From the NCBI GenBank assembly GCA_963840455.1, contig CAWIYV010000011.1, positions 352,001 through 416,000 on the forward strand: a stretch of 64,000 nt of DNA, read 5' to 3'. Position 1 is the first letter of the stretch; every line of letters starts with the position of its first letter. Under the pieces are notes generated by a model. It was not told the origin of the DNA, searched no databases, and saw only the letters and a list, made by a program, of their open reading frames with translations. Below, piece after piece: positions 10,101 through 21,398 of the stretch. The translations under genes were made by a program, and so were the position numbers. This DNA comes from Nitrospirota bacterium. GTDB lineage: Bacteria; Nitrospirota; UBA9217.

Positions 10101-10205
10101 TATCGGGAAGACAATTAAGTCCTTACGAAACCAGTCCGTAACCCATCGATTTTACTATAGCCGAAAAATCACCCGAAAAGATAAGGTTCTTACATTTTCG
10201 CCCTA
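10101..10205 (+). repeat. Tn7-like left end 3 (truncated copy of left end 2)
   Basis: TATCGGGAAG-ACAATTAAGTCCTTACGAAACCAGTCCGTAACCC...GTTCTTACATTTTCG closely matches 7698-7800. Confidence 0.75.
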
Positions 10206-10761
10206 CAACCATCTGTCATAGCCGGCCGCCTTTGCTATGGCCAAGTGGGTCTGATCATACCAAGCATGGGCCGATTGAACTAGTCCGCTTATCAACAGAA
10301 GGAAGATAAACAAGATGGCAAGTAGTGATTTCATTAGTGGATTATATCAGGCATTCTGGCTTATGGAAAGTAGAGATATCCCCCGTTGATTTCACGATGA
10401 AAAGTTCTTTGTGTAAACTACAACTTGTGATATAGTCGTCCAATCAAAGAGTACTTCCTATACTCCTCATAGTTGCATTTCCTTGAAACATGCTCGGTTA
10501 CATTCTGTATTTGATGGAATACCATTAAAATACCCCATTGCGTTCGTTTCTATTTTGGGTTGACACACCCATTCGCCGTTACTTGACATGCCCTGATATA
10601 GGCATACATTTGCAGCACACTTAAGTGCATTAACGTTCTGCTAAAATCGTTTTATCGGCAAACTGCTGTAATTGAACTTTTTAATAGCTAGTTAGCTAGG
10701 AAGACTACTGCTCAACGTCAACCAATAGTCCGAACGGTCAAGGCTGTTTGACTTTTTATAA

Positions 10762-12651
10762 ATGGAGAAAGTGACGATGAGAAGGATTATTGTATGGGTT
10801 GTGGGTTGCTTGATGGTTGCCATTGGTCCTGTTGCGTGTGGAGGGGGCGGAGGCGGTAGTGCAAATAGTACGAGTAACTCGCCAGGATCAATCGGTCAAG
10901 CCGGAGGTATTATTTCTTCACAAAACGGAGACGCAACTCTAAGTGTACCGCCAGGAGCTTTAACTACTGCCACAAATATAACTATAGCTCAAACTGTCGA
11001 TGGTACTCCTCCTGGTACATTTATGAGCAGTTATGAAATAACTTCCACTGGCACCTTAACATTCAATACAGCCGTCACAATCAGTCTTAGATATGATTCA
11101 AGTTTAATTCCTATCGATGTTAATGAAAATGATTTGAAGTTGGCTTATGTATCTGAGGGAGAATGGATAACTATTCCAGCCTCAACAGTAGATACTAGTA
11201 ACCACATTATAATCGGAAATATGACCTATTTCCCATTGAGTAAGGTGGAAAGCGCAAAAGCCTTGCCCAACGCGGTTTCAACGACTCCATCCAAAGTAAA
11301 AGCAATTGTTGGTAGTTCTGCGCCAGCAAATTGCAGCAATCACGGCGTTATAATAATGGGATCCTTTAATTCTGTTGATGTTTACTCTAACGGCTGCATA
11401 AAATACAATTCCTACTATAACAAAGAATACAATTGCGGCAGCGGAACCTACGATTATGTCAGTGGCAGTTGTGTAAATGGAACTTTTACCGGATTGAAAT
11501 GGGAGTGTGTCGAGTATGTGAATAGATATTACCTGTCAGTTTATGGGAAAGACATAGCTTTTCCAAGGAAAGATGCGAGAGATTACTACAATACTGCACC
11601 CTCTCGAGGTCTTGTTTCCTATCCAAATGGTACTTCTGCAACTCCCCAAATAGGAGACATTTTAGTATCGGAAGGCGATGGCAAAGCAAATAATGTTGGA
11701 CATGTGGCTATTATTAAAGAGGTAGCAACCGATCATATTATTGTTGTGCATCAGAATTGGTCTAATGCTAGCAATGATTTTGCCTCAAATTATCGTATCA
11801 GTAGAAATGGTAATTTCATTAATCCATTTAGTTCAGATAATAGTTACCCGATAAAGGGTTGGGTCCGATTACAGTCAACTTATTCCATTAGTGGCACGAT
11901 CCATTCAATAAGTAATTCTGGACCTGCACTATCCGGGGCAACAGTCTCTATTGCAGGTAAGACGGTTACCACAAGCGACACTGGGACGTTCTCTATTTCC
12001 GGAATCCCAGCTGGCACGTATACATTTTCCGTCGCTAAATCAGGCTATGAGACCTACACCAACGTGACATACCCTGTTGGTTCTAATCTGACAGGCCTTA
12101 ATTTCTACCTGACTCAGACCGTTACCTATTCCATGAGCGGCACAATTCATTCAGTGAACCTCTCAGTACCGCTGCCTGGAGCAACAGTTTCGATTGCCGG
12201 TATGACCGCGACTACTAGCAGCAGCGGGACATTCTCCATTGACGGTATCCCAGCTGGCTCGTATACATTTTCCGTCGCCAAATCGGGCTATGAGACCTAC
12301 ACCAACGCAGCATACCCTGTTGGTTCTAATCTTACAGGCCTTAACTTCTACCTGTACCTGGCGCCGCCCTTCGGTTCATTAGCGATTAATTTTTCAACAT
12401 GTGCTGCCGGGTTATCATGGGACTATTCGACTATTGATCTAGCTCATCAAAGTGCCTTGCAGGCGTGTGGTATTGGTTGCATTTTAACATACGATTATGG
12501 CAAAGGTACATGTGCTGCATTTGCAGTAGGTGCTTCTGGGTGCGGAGGTTATGGTGGATGTGATACGCTCGACGAGGCGCTATCAGGCGCAATAAGTGAG
12601 TGTAACAAATATTCCACTGGATGCTATGTAACCTTGTCGGGATGCAATTAA
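10762..12651 (+). CDS. Lipoprotein: ZU5-like + CHAP amidase + 2 carboxypeptidase-regulatory-like repeats + DUF4189-like Cys-rich C-terminus
   Basis: Lipobox VAC-GGG; WECVEYV and GHVAII (CHAP Cys/His); two ~80-aa repeats duplicated at DNA level (~11880-12350); FGSLAI...ALQACG...CAAFA tail. Confidence 0.75.
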   Translation: MEKVTMRRIIVWVVGCLMVAIGPVACGGGGGGSANSTSNSPGSIGQAGGIISSQNGDATLSVPPGALTTATNITIAQTVDGTPPGTFMSSYEITSTGTLTFNTAVTISLRYDSSLIPIDVNENDLKLAYVSEGEWITIPASTVDTSNHIIIGNMTYFPLSKVESAKALPNAVSTTPSKVKAIVGSSAPANCSNHGVIIMGSFNSVDVYSNGCIKYNSYYNKEYNCGSGTYDYVSGSCVNGTFTGLKWECVEYVNRYYLSVYGKDIAFPRKDARDYYNTAPSRGLVSYPNGTSATPQIGDILVSEGDGKANNVGHVAIIKEVATDHIIVVHQNWSNASNDFASNYRISRNGNFINPFSSDNSYPIKGWVRLQSTYSISGTIHSISNSGPALSGATVSIAGKTVTTSDTGTFSISGIPAGTYTFSVAKSGYETYTNVTYPVGSNLTGLNFYLTQTVTYSMSGTIHSVNLSVPLPGATVSIAGMTATTSSSGTFSIDGIPAGSYTFSVAKSGYETYTNAAYPVGSNLTGLNFYLYLAPPFGSLAINFSTCAAGLSWDYSTIDLAHQSALQACGIGCILTYDYGKGTCAAFAVGASGCGGYGGCDTLDEALSGAISECNKYSTGCYVTLSGCN

Positions 12652-13098
12652 TCTACGAAAGAGTCGCATACTTCTTTAGATTTAATTTAATGTAATAAAA
12701 GGATTCTTTTTTCCGATTCAGTTCCTAGAATGAGTATTCTGGGAACAAAGGAGAAAAGGCATAAAAAAGTATCTGGCAGTATGGGACTTACATTCACGGT
12801 CATCGATAAGTCAGGCAAGTCTGCCACAATTGGGATCGTTTATACATATACCGGGACTTGCTTGGTCGCATCTGCAACCCCTGGCGTCAAAAGTGTTGTA
12901 AACGGACTGGAAACACTAATGCACTGATTATTACTACGATTGTTTCCTGAACTCGCCGAATAACGGATTTCTGCAGGTTTTTGCAGATATAACCGCTTAG
13001 CATTTAAAAAGGAGGAATAGACGATGATGTCAAATATGGTGTGGGCTTTGATTTGTATGATGAGCTTACATTCAAGAATCGCTTACAGGAGATCATCA

Positions 13099-13992
13099 AT
13101 GTATTTACGAGTTATAATTGTTTTACTTTTTGCGGTCTTCATTTCAGTGCCAGGGACGGCATTTGCGGCTTCTAAAGACGCAAGCAATAGCAAAGAGACG
13201 CTCGCAAAGGTCCTCTATGCATCTCGTAATAGCGATGGGAACAAATACATTTTCAATAAAGTAGAGGTTATCGAGACCGGCAAGAACCTCGGCCATGGAA
13301 CACCCATTAAGTTTAGAATGAAGGGTATACGCGGTTACACCAGTCAGCATCAAGGATCGCTCAGCCGTATGGAAGCGGAAGCACCCTTCAACGATGTCTT
13401 TGTCGTATTCTATTCGAAGGACGAGTTCGGCAAAATAGTAGCTTGCACTGAGGGAGGATTTAATTGCGTTAAGGAAGAGGACATGAAGCAACACCAGGCG
13501 CTGCTAGATAACATGAAAAAACAACATGACATCGCAAAAAAACAAGACGCACAGGGGATAGCAGAATACGTTCAGCGACAGAGAGACGAAGAGATGCAGC
13601 GTGCTAAACAAGCAAGGCTTGAGCAAATGCGAATACAAGCACAGATCCCGTCTGTAACTCTTGGAACGTATAAGTGTTACGACGATTTTAGCGGCGTGTA
13701 CAAGAATCGCGGGGAAGCTGTACTCACAGATGTGGACATTTCTTACGTGCATGTCTTTCCAGATGGAAATCCTCAACGTGTGAAAGTTATCTTTGAGTTT
13801 AGCAACATAAATAAAATGGATTATGAAGGTAATAGCGGTGTTGTGTTCGACCTCAAACGCGAAATCTGGATGCGTGATGGCGACCGCGCGTTCGGTATTA
13901 CTTTCGCAGACGCGGCCACGAGGCATCGGTTTAATGAAGATTTGGTTAAGGCCATTGTGGCTTGGAGCAATAAACATCCAGAGCTAAAGTGA
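13099..13992 (+). CDS. Secreted hypothetical protein with central coiled coil
   Basis: AGGAG RBS before MYLRVII; signal peptide ending AFA. Confidence 0.6.
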   Translation: MYLRVIIVLLFAVFISVPGTAFAASKDASNSKETLAKVLYASRNSDGNKYIFNKVEVIETGKNLGHGTPIKFRMKGIRGYTSQHQGSLSRMEAEAPFNDVFVVFYSKDEFGKIVACTEGGFNCVKEEDMKQHQALLDNMKKQHDIAKKQDAQGIAEYVQRQRDEEMQRAKQARLEQMRIQAQIPSVTLGTYKCYDDFSGVYKNRGEAVLTDVDISYVHVFPDGNPQRVKVIFEFSNINKMDYEGNSGVVFDLKREIWMRDGDRAFGITFADAATRHRFNEDLVKAIVAWSNKHPELK

Positions 13993-14198
13993 GACATAAT
14001 AGATAGTTAACGCAAGGCAAAGTAGAGCCGCAAATGGAAGACTTATCACGAGAAGTAAAATAGTATAAAATGCAACCAACCCGCACAAGGCATACGATGG
14101 ACAACTCTTCCGCAGTGCTTCATATCCGCGTAGGTAATCTTGGTCGAATGAATGTTTCAAGGTGAAGCATGTAATCAGAGACATAACTTTTTTTATCG

Positions 14199-15920
14199 CT
14201 ATGCCGCAAATTTGGTATTTCCATTTAAACGAACTTCTTGTCGTCGTACTCCATAAGCCTCTTTCGATTCCGAATATTTATCAAGAACCCATTTGCATTT
14301 AGGATATCTTTCATACTTGGCCAAGATCTTGAGTCCGAGACCAGCCTCTTTGATTATGGCTGTTCGAGTAGCTCGCTTATGCGGTACGGCTATTCTGATC
14401 TTTTCAGCAGCTTTAGTTAACATCCCGCTCCAGAGTCGATCACGGCTCGCCCAATCGATATAACGAGGTGGCTTCGAATTATGACTCCATCTTCTTGCTT
14501 CCGAAAATAACCATGCTCGGTCGTTTCGTAGCAACCGGATGTAAAGCCCTTTGTTTGCTCTTGCAGCCAGTTTCCGGCTTCGGTTCGGCACTTTGCTGAG
14601 AAGTTTCAGCCATTCCTTGCGCCATTGATCTATTTTCTGCTCAGTAACCCTATAGATCGGTCTTTTTGCCTGAAGCATGTTCTTGATGGCTCTGTCACGG
14701 ACACCCATCTTTTTCGCGATAGCAAGCATAGAAAGCCCGCTCCTCCGAAGCCGCCCTGCTTCTTCCTCCCAGGTAGGCCCATATTGCATGACTTTGCTTA
14801 TGACAGGCATCTGAGGATCGCTTTCGCTGACTGCCTGGAACGTGAAATGGAACCCACAGCTACACCGAGCGGATGCGACGTATTTTCGATGCTTATGGCC
14901 TATATATATTATCGGATTTTTAATCGGATATTCTTCATCATGCTTACCATAGGGATTTGGACATCTCCATGGCCCAAGGCCGAAAGGAATCTTATCGGTG
15001 ACTTTGGCGGTGACGCTTTCCAAGAAGAGTTGAACAAGTGCATGTTCCAATGGGTGGAAGGTCTTTTTGGCCGATCTGAATATGTTTCGGAACCAGCTAC
15101 CGTTATGACCAATACGGAAATCGCATTGCAAAAGTCGAAGTAATCTATGTCCAAAGTAAGCAACGAAACCCTTTTCTAGCTTTGCCAAGGATAATTGGAT
15201 CGCACCTTCTATGTATCCGTGCTCTATCGCTTCTTTGCGGTAGATTTTGGTTATTTCTTCTCCTTCCCATCCCGGTATCTGTCTCTGCAGCATATCGCGG
15301 CTTCGACGTGCTATCATCAGAGCCTTATCATGATCACTTTTATTTAAGGCTTTAGATATATTCGCCTGGAAATCTGATGTCGCGTTCGTGGCATCAATAT
15401 AATCGTCGAAGCCTTTAGGATGCATAAGCGCCGAGGTATCAATCAATTGATCACCATGCTCGGGACAAACCAAGACTCCCGGCAGTTGATGACAACGATG
15501 CCAATAAGTTTCTCCATATTTGTCGATGTCATTTCTACTGCAAATATTGCAGAAACGAAGATGGCGTGGTCCTTTAATACGATTCGTCACTATTCCTAAC
15601 TTAAGCTGAATCCCGCTACTATTGTTTGACAATAGTTTTTTTATACATAATGCTGTGTGCTTCGCCGATGTATATCTAGAAAAGTAAGGAAATAATGTGA
15701 AACTATTAAGAAGTTCTTCCCCTTTTCTATTCCATGTCATCATAGTTTTTCTGCAAATAACGCTAAGTGAACTCTGCAATAGTGTCGTAGGTCTTGCAAC
15801 GTGCCCTGTCAATTCAGCCATAACGCCCGCAAAATTACTTGACGATATTTGCATCAAGTATCGAGTAAGAATACTATAAAACAACTCATCCTCATAAGCC
15901 TCGTTCATATACATTCTCAT
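14199..15920 (-). CDS. tnsD: TnsD-family target-selection protein (copy 2, intact)
   Basis: DELFYSILTRY; RFCxxC...YGETYWHRCHQLPGVLVCPEH (TniQ); GPWRCPN and CSCGF; IDWASRD. Confidence 0.9.
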   Translation of the reverse strand: MRMYMNEAYEDELFYSILTRYLMQISSSNFAGVMAELTGHVARPTTLLQSSLSVICRKTMMTWNRKGEELLNSFTLFPYFSRYTSAKHTALCIKKLLSNNSSGIQLKLGIVTNRIKGPRHLRFCNICSRNDIDKYGETYWHRCHQLPGVLVCPEHGDQLIDTSALMHPKGFDDYIDATNATSDFQANISKALNKSDHDKALMIARRSRDMLQRQIPGWEGEEITKIYRKEAIEHGYIEGAIQLSLAKLEKGFVAYFGHRLLRLLQCDFRIGHNGSWFRNIFRSAKKTFHPLEHALVQLFLESVTAKVTDKIPFGLGPWRCPNPYGKHDEEYPIKNPIIYIGHKHRKYVASARCSCGFHFTFQAVSESDPQMPVISKVMQYGPTWEEEAGRLRRSGLSMLAIAKKMGVRDRAIKNMLQAKRPIYRVTEQKIDQWRKEWLKLLSKVPNRSRKLAARANKGLYIRLLRNDRAWLFSEARRWSHNSKPPRYIDWASRDRLWSGMLTKAAEKIRIAVPHKRATRTAIIKEAGLGLKILAKYERYPKCKWVLDKYSESKEAYGVRRQEVRLNGNTKFAA

Positions 15921-15933
15921 TTGCCATCCCTCA

Positions 15934-17640
15934 CTACTCATTTCTTAAACATGAACTTTGTGAATTCTGCGTTTTATCAATCGCGGCAATTTGCAATCCG
16001 AGTACTTTCTTACACTTTGGAAGCTTCTGCAGGTCGGCAATTACATCATGATAATTAAGCGATGTTTTGCTTACTATCTGACGCAATAAAATACGTGCTT
16101 TTCTATTGCTAACTGTCGATTGCAACATAGCCTTGACTAACATCTGACTCCACTGCTTATCGCGAGATGATCAATCGACCTTTTTCCCTCTAAAATTTTT
16201 TACACTTTTGCGCCGTTTATCGTTAGTAGAAAGCAGCCATTTAGAATCATGACGCTTCAATTTTCTATAGATCGATGGGTTCTTTCTAGAAGCTCCAACA
16301 TAACGCTGCTCAGAAAGAGAGTCTATTGTCGCAAGCCACTCCTTTCGCCATTGTTTAATTTGCAATTTCGATACGCTCCTAAACTTCCTTTTCAGTAGTT
16401 GGCACACTCTGGACGCATCCGTACCCATTATTTCCCCGATGGTTCTGAATGTGTACCCTTTTTTTCGCAACCTTGCTGCTTCTGATTTCCACGTGGGTCC
16501 AAACCGAGATATTCGAGCAATTATTGGCATTGCTGCATCTTGAGCATCTGTTTCAGAAAAAATGAAGCAGAACCCGCAATTACACGTTGCAAGCGCTTCG
16601 ACTTCGTTACGGTTATTGGTTCTATAAATGATCATATGTCGTTTCAACGGAAATGGCTCTTTATGATGCGCATATTTGTTGGGACATTTCCAGGGCCCGG
16701 CCGAGAATCTGACTTTATGTGATGTTCTAACTTCAGCTGTATTTTCTAAAAATGTTTGCATTAATGCGTGCGCCGCTGGATTTGCAAGAAATACGTCGTT
16801 AGTGAATAACCTTTTTATCCAATGGCAACTATTGTCAGTTAAATTTAAACCATATCTGGCAAGCAACTTATCGCCGAAATATGTTCTAAAAGCCTCCCTT
16901 ATTTTATTTTGTGAAATGTAAAGAGATCCATCAACGAATCCACGTGCTGATGCCGCCTCTCTATAGGCATTTGTCAATTCCCGCAGATGCCAACGGGTCA
17001 TTGTTCCATTAAGAATCTCTTGGCATCTCTTCGCAACAAGAAAAGCACGTTCCCTTTCTATATTGTTTAATATGGCGCCAATTTGACAGTGCTCTTCCTT
17101 TGCATTAGATGCATTCGCATAGGAGAGGTAGGCATTGTGAACTATGCGACTTTGAGTACTGATTAATTCTTCTCCATGCACAGGACATACTAAAGCACCG
17201 GACAGCTGATGAATTCGATGCCAATATGCTTCACCGTATGACTCCATATCAAGAGCCTTGCATATTTTGCAGAAGCGTAATGTACGCGGAGGTTTCAGCA
17301 AGCCCAAAAAACCTCCGGGCTTAAAGTCGCTTGTTTGCATATTACCTAATTCATAATATTCTTTATACCTAGATTTCCCAACATCATTTACATATCGCGT
17401 ATAGTATGGATACATAGTGTGGTTCTGCAATAAATCATTACTGCTCAGCCCCCAGGCAAGAAATGTCTTTTCCGCCATAATGCTGATGGATATTGGAATG
17501 TGTGCATTAACTGAAGTTAATCGATCAGTCAGCGCTATGCACAATTTACTAGGTACAATGATGCCGGCATGATCAGAGTATCGCGCATTTACGCTATACA
17601 GCAGCTCATCCGGATAAGGGATAGGCGGATATAGTCTCAT
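15934..17640 (-). pseudogene. tnsD: TnsD-family protein (copy 1) with in-frame TGA at 16171-16173
   Basis: PYPDELLYS; FCKIC...YWHRIHQL...CPVH; GPWKCPN. The frame continues KKVD*SSRDKQWSQML, matching IDWASRDRLWSGML of copy 2. Confidence 0.85.
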
Positions 17641-17650
17641 ATTAATTCCT

Positions 17651-19201
17651 TCAATCTTTTACTTCGATCAGTCCGGCCGATGCTAATGCGTTGACGGCAT
17701 TAGCACCACCGCCTTTTTGTACTACCTCTGCAAGGCTGTCCCCTCCGCTGACACATGGTCCTTTGTCTTTGGCCGTCGCATCCAAGACCATACGAACTGC
17801 ACGCTCAGATGTAAGATCCGGATATATGTCAAATAGCGTGCCCAGAATCTCTTGAGCCTGATCTTCGTCATATTTCATCGCAACCAAAGCACAAGCAGCA
17901 CTCATGCGTTCGTATTCCTGGTCTCTTTTCTTAGCACTCGCCTCTAGCTTCCCTAATTTGGCATCGACATCGACTTGCTTGGACAGATCTCTGATTCCTG
18001 CGTCAAGGAGATCCTGGTAATTGGCAATCGCCTTTCTATTTTTTTTCCTCAAGGCTTCAAGCATTGGTTCAACAAGTTTGAACTTATCATCGGCCACCTT
18101 GATGATTTGTTCGATTGAGATACCTGGTGCCTTTGTTCTAAGGGCGTCCAATTGCGTCAATTGAAATAATCTGACAACAAGAGCATGAATTCCCTGGGTG
18201 CGTTCTCTCATTACCGTTGACAGTTCATCGGTCAACGGCACAAACTTATCGGTCCATTGGTACTTCCAGAGTCCATTTAAAAAAAACTTCCATTCTTTTT
18301 TATCCAGACAATCCCAAATGCAGGTACCGTAATCGCCTACGCGCCTTGCTTCTCTGAATGTACCCGTCAGCATCTGCATGGCGCGAGGAGTTCCGATCGT
18401 TACAACAGGAATTTTCGCATTAGCAAACGCAACGAAAAAATTCAGCATCTTGCTTTGTCCAACACCACTTGCATCAAGCAAATTCTGAATTTCATCAATG
18501 ACCAATACACCTAAATTATGCATTTCAGTAATATTGGCCACACTCGATATTAATTCATCAATCGTTCCTTTCGAACTAACCTGCTTACGATACGAAGAAT
18601 CGAGAAGAGAGTCGAGTTTGCTGAGGATACCAAGAAGCAGCTGCTTGAGACTGCCGTCCAAAGGGCAGTCGGCTTTAAGCCAAACCACCTGGGTAAACTT
18701 GAACCTTGAGTGCATTAAGACCTGTGGCAAAAATGAAAGGGTTCTATCGGCCACGGTTGATTTTCCCACGCCCGAAGTTCCAAACAAAGCAAACGATGGC
18801 GCAGTTGATGGCCCTGACTCTTCAATTGCACAGATGTCGCCATTCATTGCTTTTCGATAGCGCTCTGTTCGACTTTTCCTATATGCAGGATCTATCGGAT
18901 TGCGAAATGCATAACCTGCTCGAACAATTAGATTAATCTTTTCGATAACCTCATAGTGAGATGGCAATGGCTCCAAGTAATTATTGATACGGGTTATAAG
19001 CAATGTTCGATCTGCTCTCGGCAAGAGTCTTTCTGCTGCGGATATCCTGGGAAAGCGACCAAATTTTTCCGAAATTTCATTTGCTTCTACGAATTGCGGC
19101 AGCGCCTCTAATAGGGGATTCCCTTTATGTTCCTTAATCGTAGACTCCTTATAAATGGCTTCCATCATTGCTGAAGGCATCTCGCTATCAGTCTTCTTCA
19201 T
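17651..19201 (-). CDS. tnsC: TnsC AAA+ ATPase
   Basis: GNPLLEALP; Walker A GTSGVGKST; Walker B VIDEIQ. Confidence 0.95.
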   Translation of the reverse strand: MKKTDSEMPSAMMEAIYKESTIKEHKGNPLLEALPQFVEANEISEKFGRFPRISAAERLLPRADRTLLITRINNYLEPLPSHYEVIEKINLIVRAGYAFRNPIDPAYRKSRTERYRKAMNGDICAIEESGPSTAPSFALFGTSGVGKSTVADRTLSFLPQVLMHSRFKFTQVVWLKADCPLDGSLKQLLLGILSKLDSLLDSSYRKQVSSKGTIDELISSVANITEMHNLGVLVIDEIQNLLDASGVGQSKMLNFFVAFANAKIPVVTIGTPRAMQMLTGTFREARRVGDYGTCIWDCLDKKEWKFFLNGLWKYQWTDKFVPLTDELSTVMRERTQGIHALVVRLFQLTQLDALRTKAPGISIEQIIKVADDKFKLVEPMLEALRKKNRKAIANYQDLLDAGIRDLSKQVDVDAKLGKLEASAKKRDQEYERMSAACALVAMKYDEDQAQEILGTLFDIYPDLTSERAVRMVLDATAKDKGPCVSGGDSLAEVVQKGGGANAVNALASAGLIEVKD

Positions 19202-21398
19202 TACTGTGTTACCTCCCTTTGTTTGCGTTTGGCTTCGAGTACTGCTAATTCTTCGTCGAGATAATCGTTCCCCCGTGATGCTGGCATTTCCTTCGTAATG
19301 TTGTGAACCGAGTCATTCGTCGCGTCGCTCAGATAGAATGTTTCAACCTTCCGCTGCAAGCTCTTTTCATCGGCTTTGTGCGTCCCGATATTTGCAGTCC
19401 TTTCAGATTTTGTAGCATTTGGATTACGAACGGCCTTTGTCTCCTTTGTTGCTTTGCTGACAATTTCCTCCGTGCGCTTGTCTTTTAAAAGTCTTTTGGC
19501 TTGCTTGCCATCTTCTTTCTCAACCTCGATTCTTTTCTTGTCTAAATCGAGTTCTTCTTCCTCGAATAAGGAAACGCCCAGAAGGTCGCTGCTGCTGTCA
19601 AGTAACCGACAAACCTCGAAGCCTTTTTCCATTTTGGGGTCATGAGCGTAAAGAATACCCAGATTCCGCGGATCATATGAGACATCAATTGTCCAAGTCT
19701 CTTTGCGGGCCTTAGCAAACCACTCTTCGTGAATTGCGGTATCACATGAATAGTAGGCTTTCTTGAAGTTGATGCCCTTCGCAGTGACTCTTGCTGTATC
19801 TCGTGGCATAACGTTAAGTCTTACATTATCGAGTGTCAGTCTTCTCAATTTACCGCTTCGATTCTGTATACCCCACTCCCAGAGATCCAGAGGACATGCT
19901 GTTAACCCCTCTGTGATCATTTCTGCTGGCAGTTTAAGCCCCTCAATCGTTTCTTCATTATGTTCTAGAACCGCCAAAATCACCAATTGTGTAAATTCGT
20001 ACAGATTTAATGTTGCTTTTAGCCGGTAGTCTTCTGCACCCCGCTCATTAAAGTCTTTCTCAACATAGCCGGGTGCAAATGGTCGGAATTTTGCCGGCAC
20101 AATACCAAATCTGCGTTCGACCAGAGCTTTTAAATCGGCCCTGCCTGGACTTGCATTTTCGATATCAATTTTGAGATTTTCTACGATATTTTGACCGAGG
20201 TCCACGCTCATAAGTTCGCCCCGATCTCCCATAAGGCGTCTAGGGGCATCTTGAGAGGGCCATTCATCAGCCTCAATATCTAGGTCATATTGACGGCAGA
20301 ACTCGACCTTGTCCATGACCATGTTCGTGAGCGCCATCATTGCTCCAACCCATGATGGACCTTCAAAACCGACATAAATGCCAGTTATCAGTCTACTGAA
20401 CACATCAATAACAAAATAGATAACTGGTCTTCCGACTATCCTTCTCCGGTCCTTGCTCGAGACCAAGTAAATATCCGCAATAGTAGCATCCACTTGGAAT
20501 CTATCTCCTGGGCCTTGGACATCGCCGTCAGCTCTCCCCGTTATCGGACGCTCATTCTTATCCCAGTTCCTCTGACCATGCCTTCGTCTCCGCTTCTTGC
20601 CAAATGGAAATGTCTTGCTGATGTAATACTGCAACTGCCTTAGTGATGGTTTCTTGTCATTATCGATCTGATAATCTATAATTTTGCCCTTATCATCTTT
20701 GATAGCCTTTGAGAAGAAAATGCGCACCATTCTGTCGTACGCGTCTTTCAAAGTAAACTTTTTCTTTCTCAACCAGAATTCGGCGCCTTGCTTGATCGCC
20801 TTTGTTATGTAATCACCGACTATGTTTACCCCTGTTCTCGTCTTATCCTTCCTAGGCGCCCCCAATTTTACGTCCTCTCTTACCCGACGCACTCGATCGG
20901 GATCCTTTATCGTGCCGCACTTATGATAATCGGGACGGAGCGCCTGATATGTCATGCCGCGCTTCCAATAGCGCCTTAACATGTCAACGATCGTGTCATA
21001 TGAACTGTTAACTTCATTCATTCTTTGGCGTATCAAATTCTTGCGAGAGCTTTTTATGAGGATTAGGCTCTCATTATCGCCATTGATTAATGGTTCGATC
21101 AATTCATATCGTTGCCGGTGCATCGCTTCGTTTTTGGGATTTGCCTTCCCAACCATAAAGCAGTCCCACGGATCCTCAGGCTCAATGAATAACGACCATG
21201 CTCCTGGTTCAATTGGGTTTGCAAATCACCTCTTGATAATTTAAAGGGCCATGAATGGTCATCGATCCGGCAAAGCCATATTGTTGAGCTGAAGGAATCT
21301 ATCGAAACGACTCGTAGGAGAACCTTATTGTTGCTGTCACTCAAGTACTTATCTAGTAGCAACATCCGAACAACTATTAATTTGCCATTATCCTTCAT
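19201..21398 (-). pseudogene. tnsB: TnsB DDE transposase, frameshifted near 21187
   Basis: GPGDRFQVDAT, DRGE and KALVERRF in ORF 19201..21156. The N-terminus lies in another frame (21099..21431); adding one base restores GRYSIEPEDPW. Confidence 0.9.

Noticed and set aside
11880-12350. DNA duplication as a DGR template/variable repeat pair
   Set aside because: Both copies are in-frame domain repeats and the differences are not confined to adenines.
16171-16173. TGA recoding (Trp or Sec)
   Set aside because: Many other genes here end in TGA normally, and the position aligns to Trp, so a point mutation is simpler.
21156-21200. Programmed frameshift in tnsB
   Set aside because: No slippery heptamer at the junction; a 1-bp loss or an assembly error explains it.
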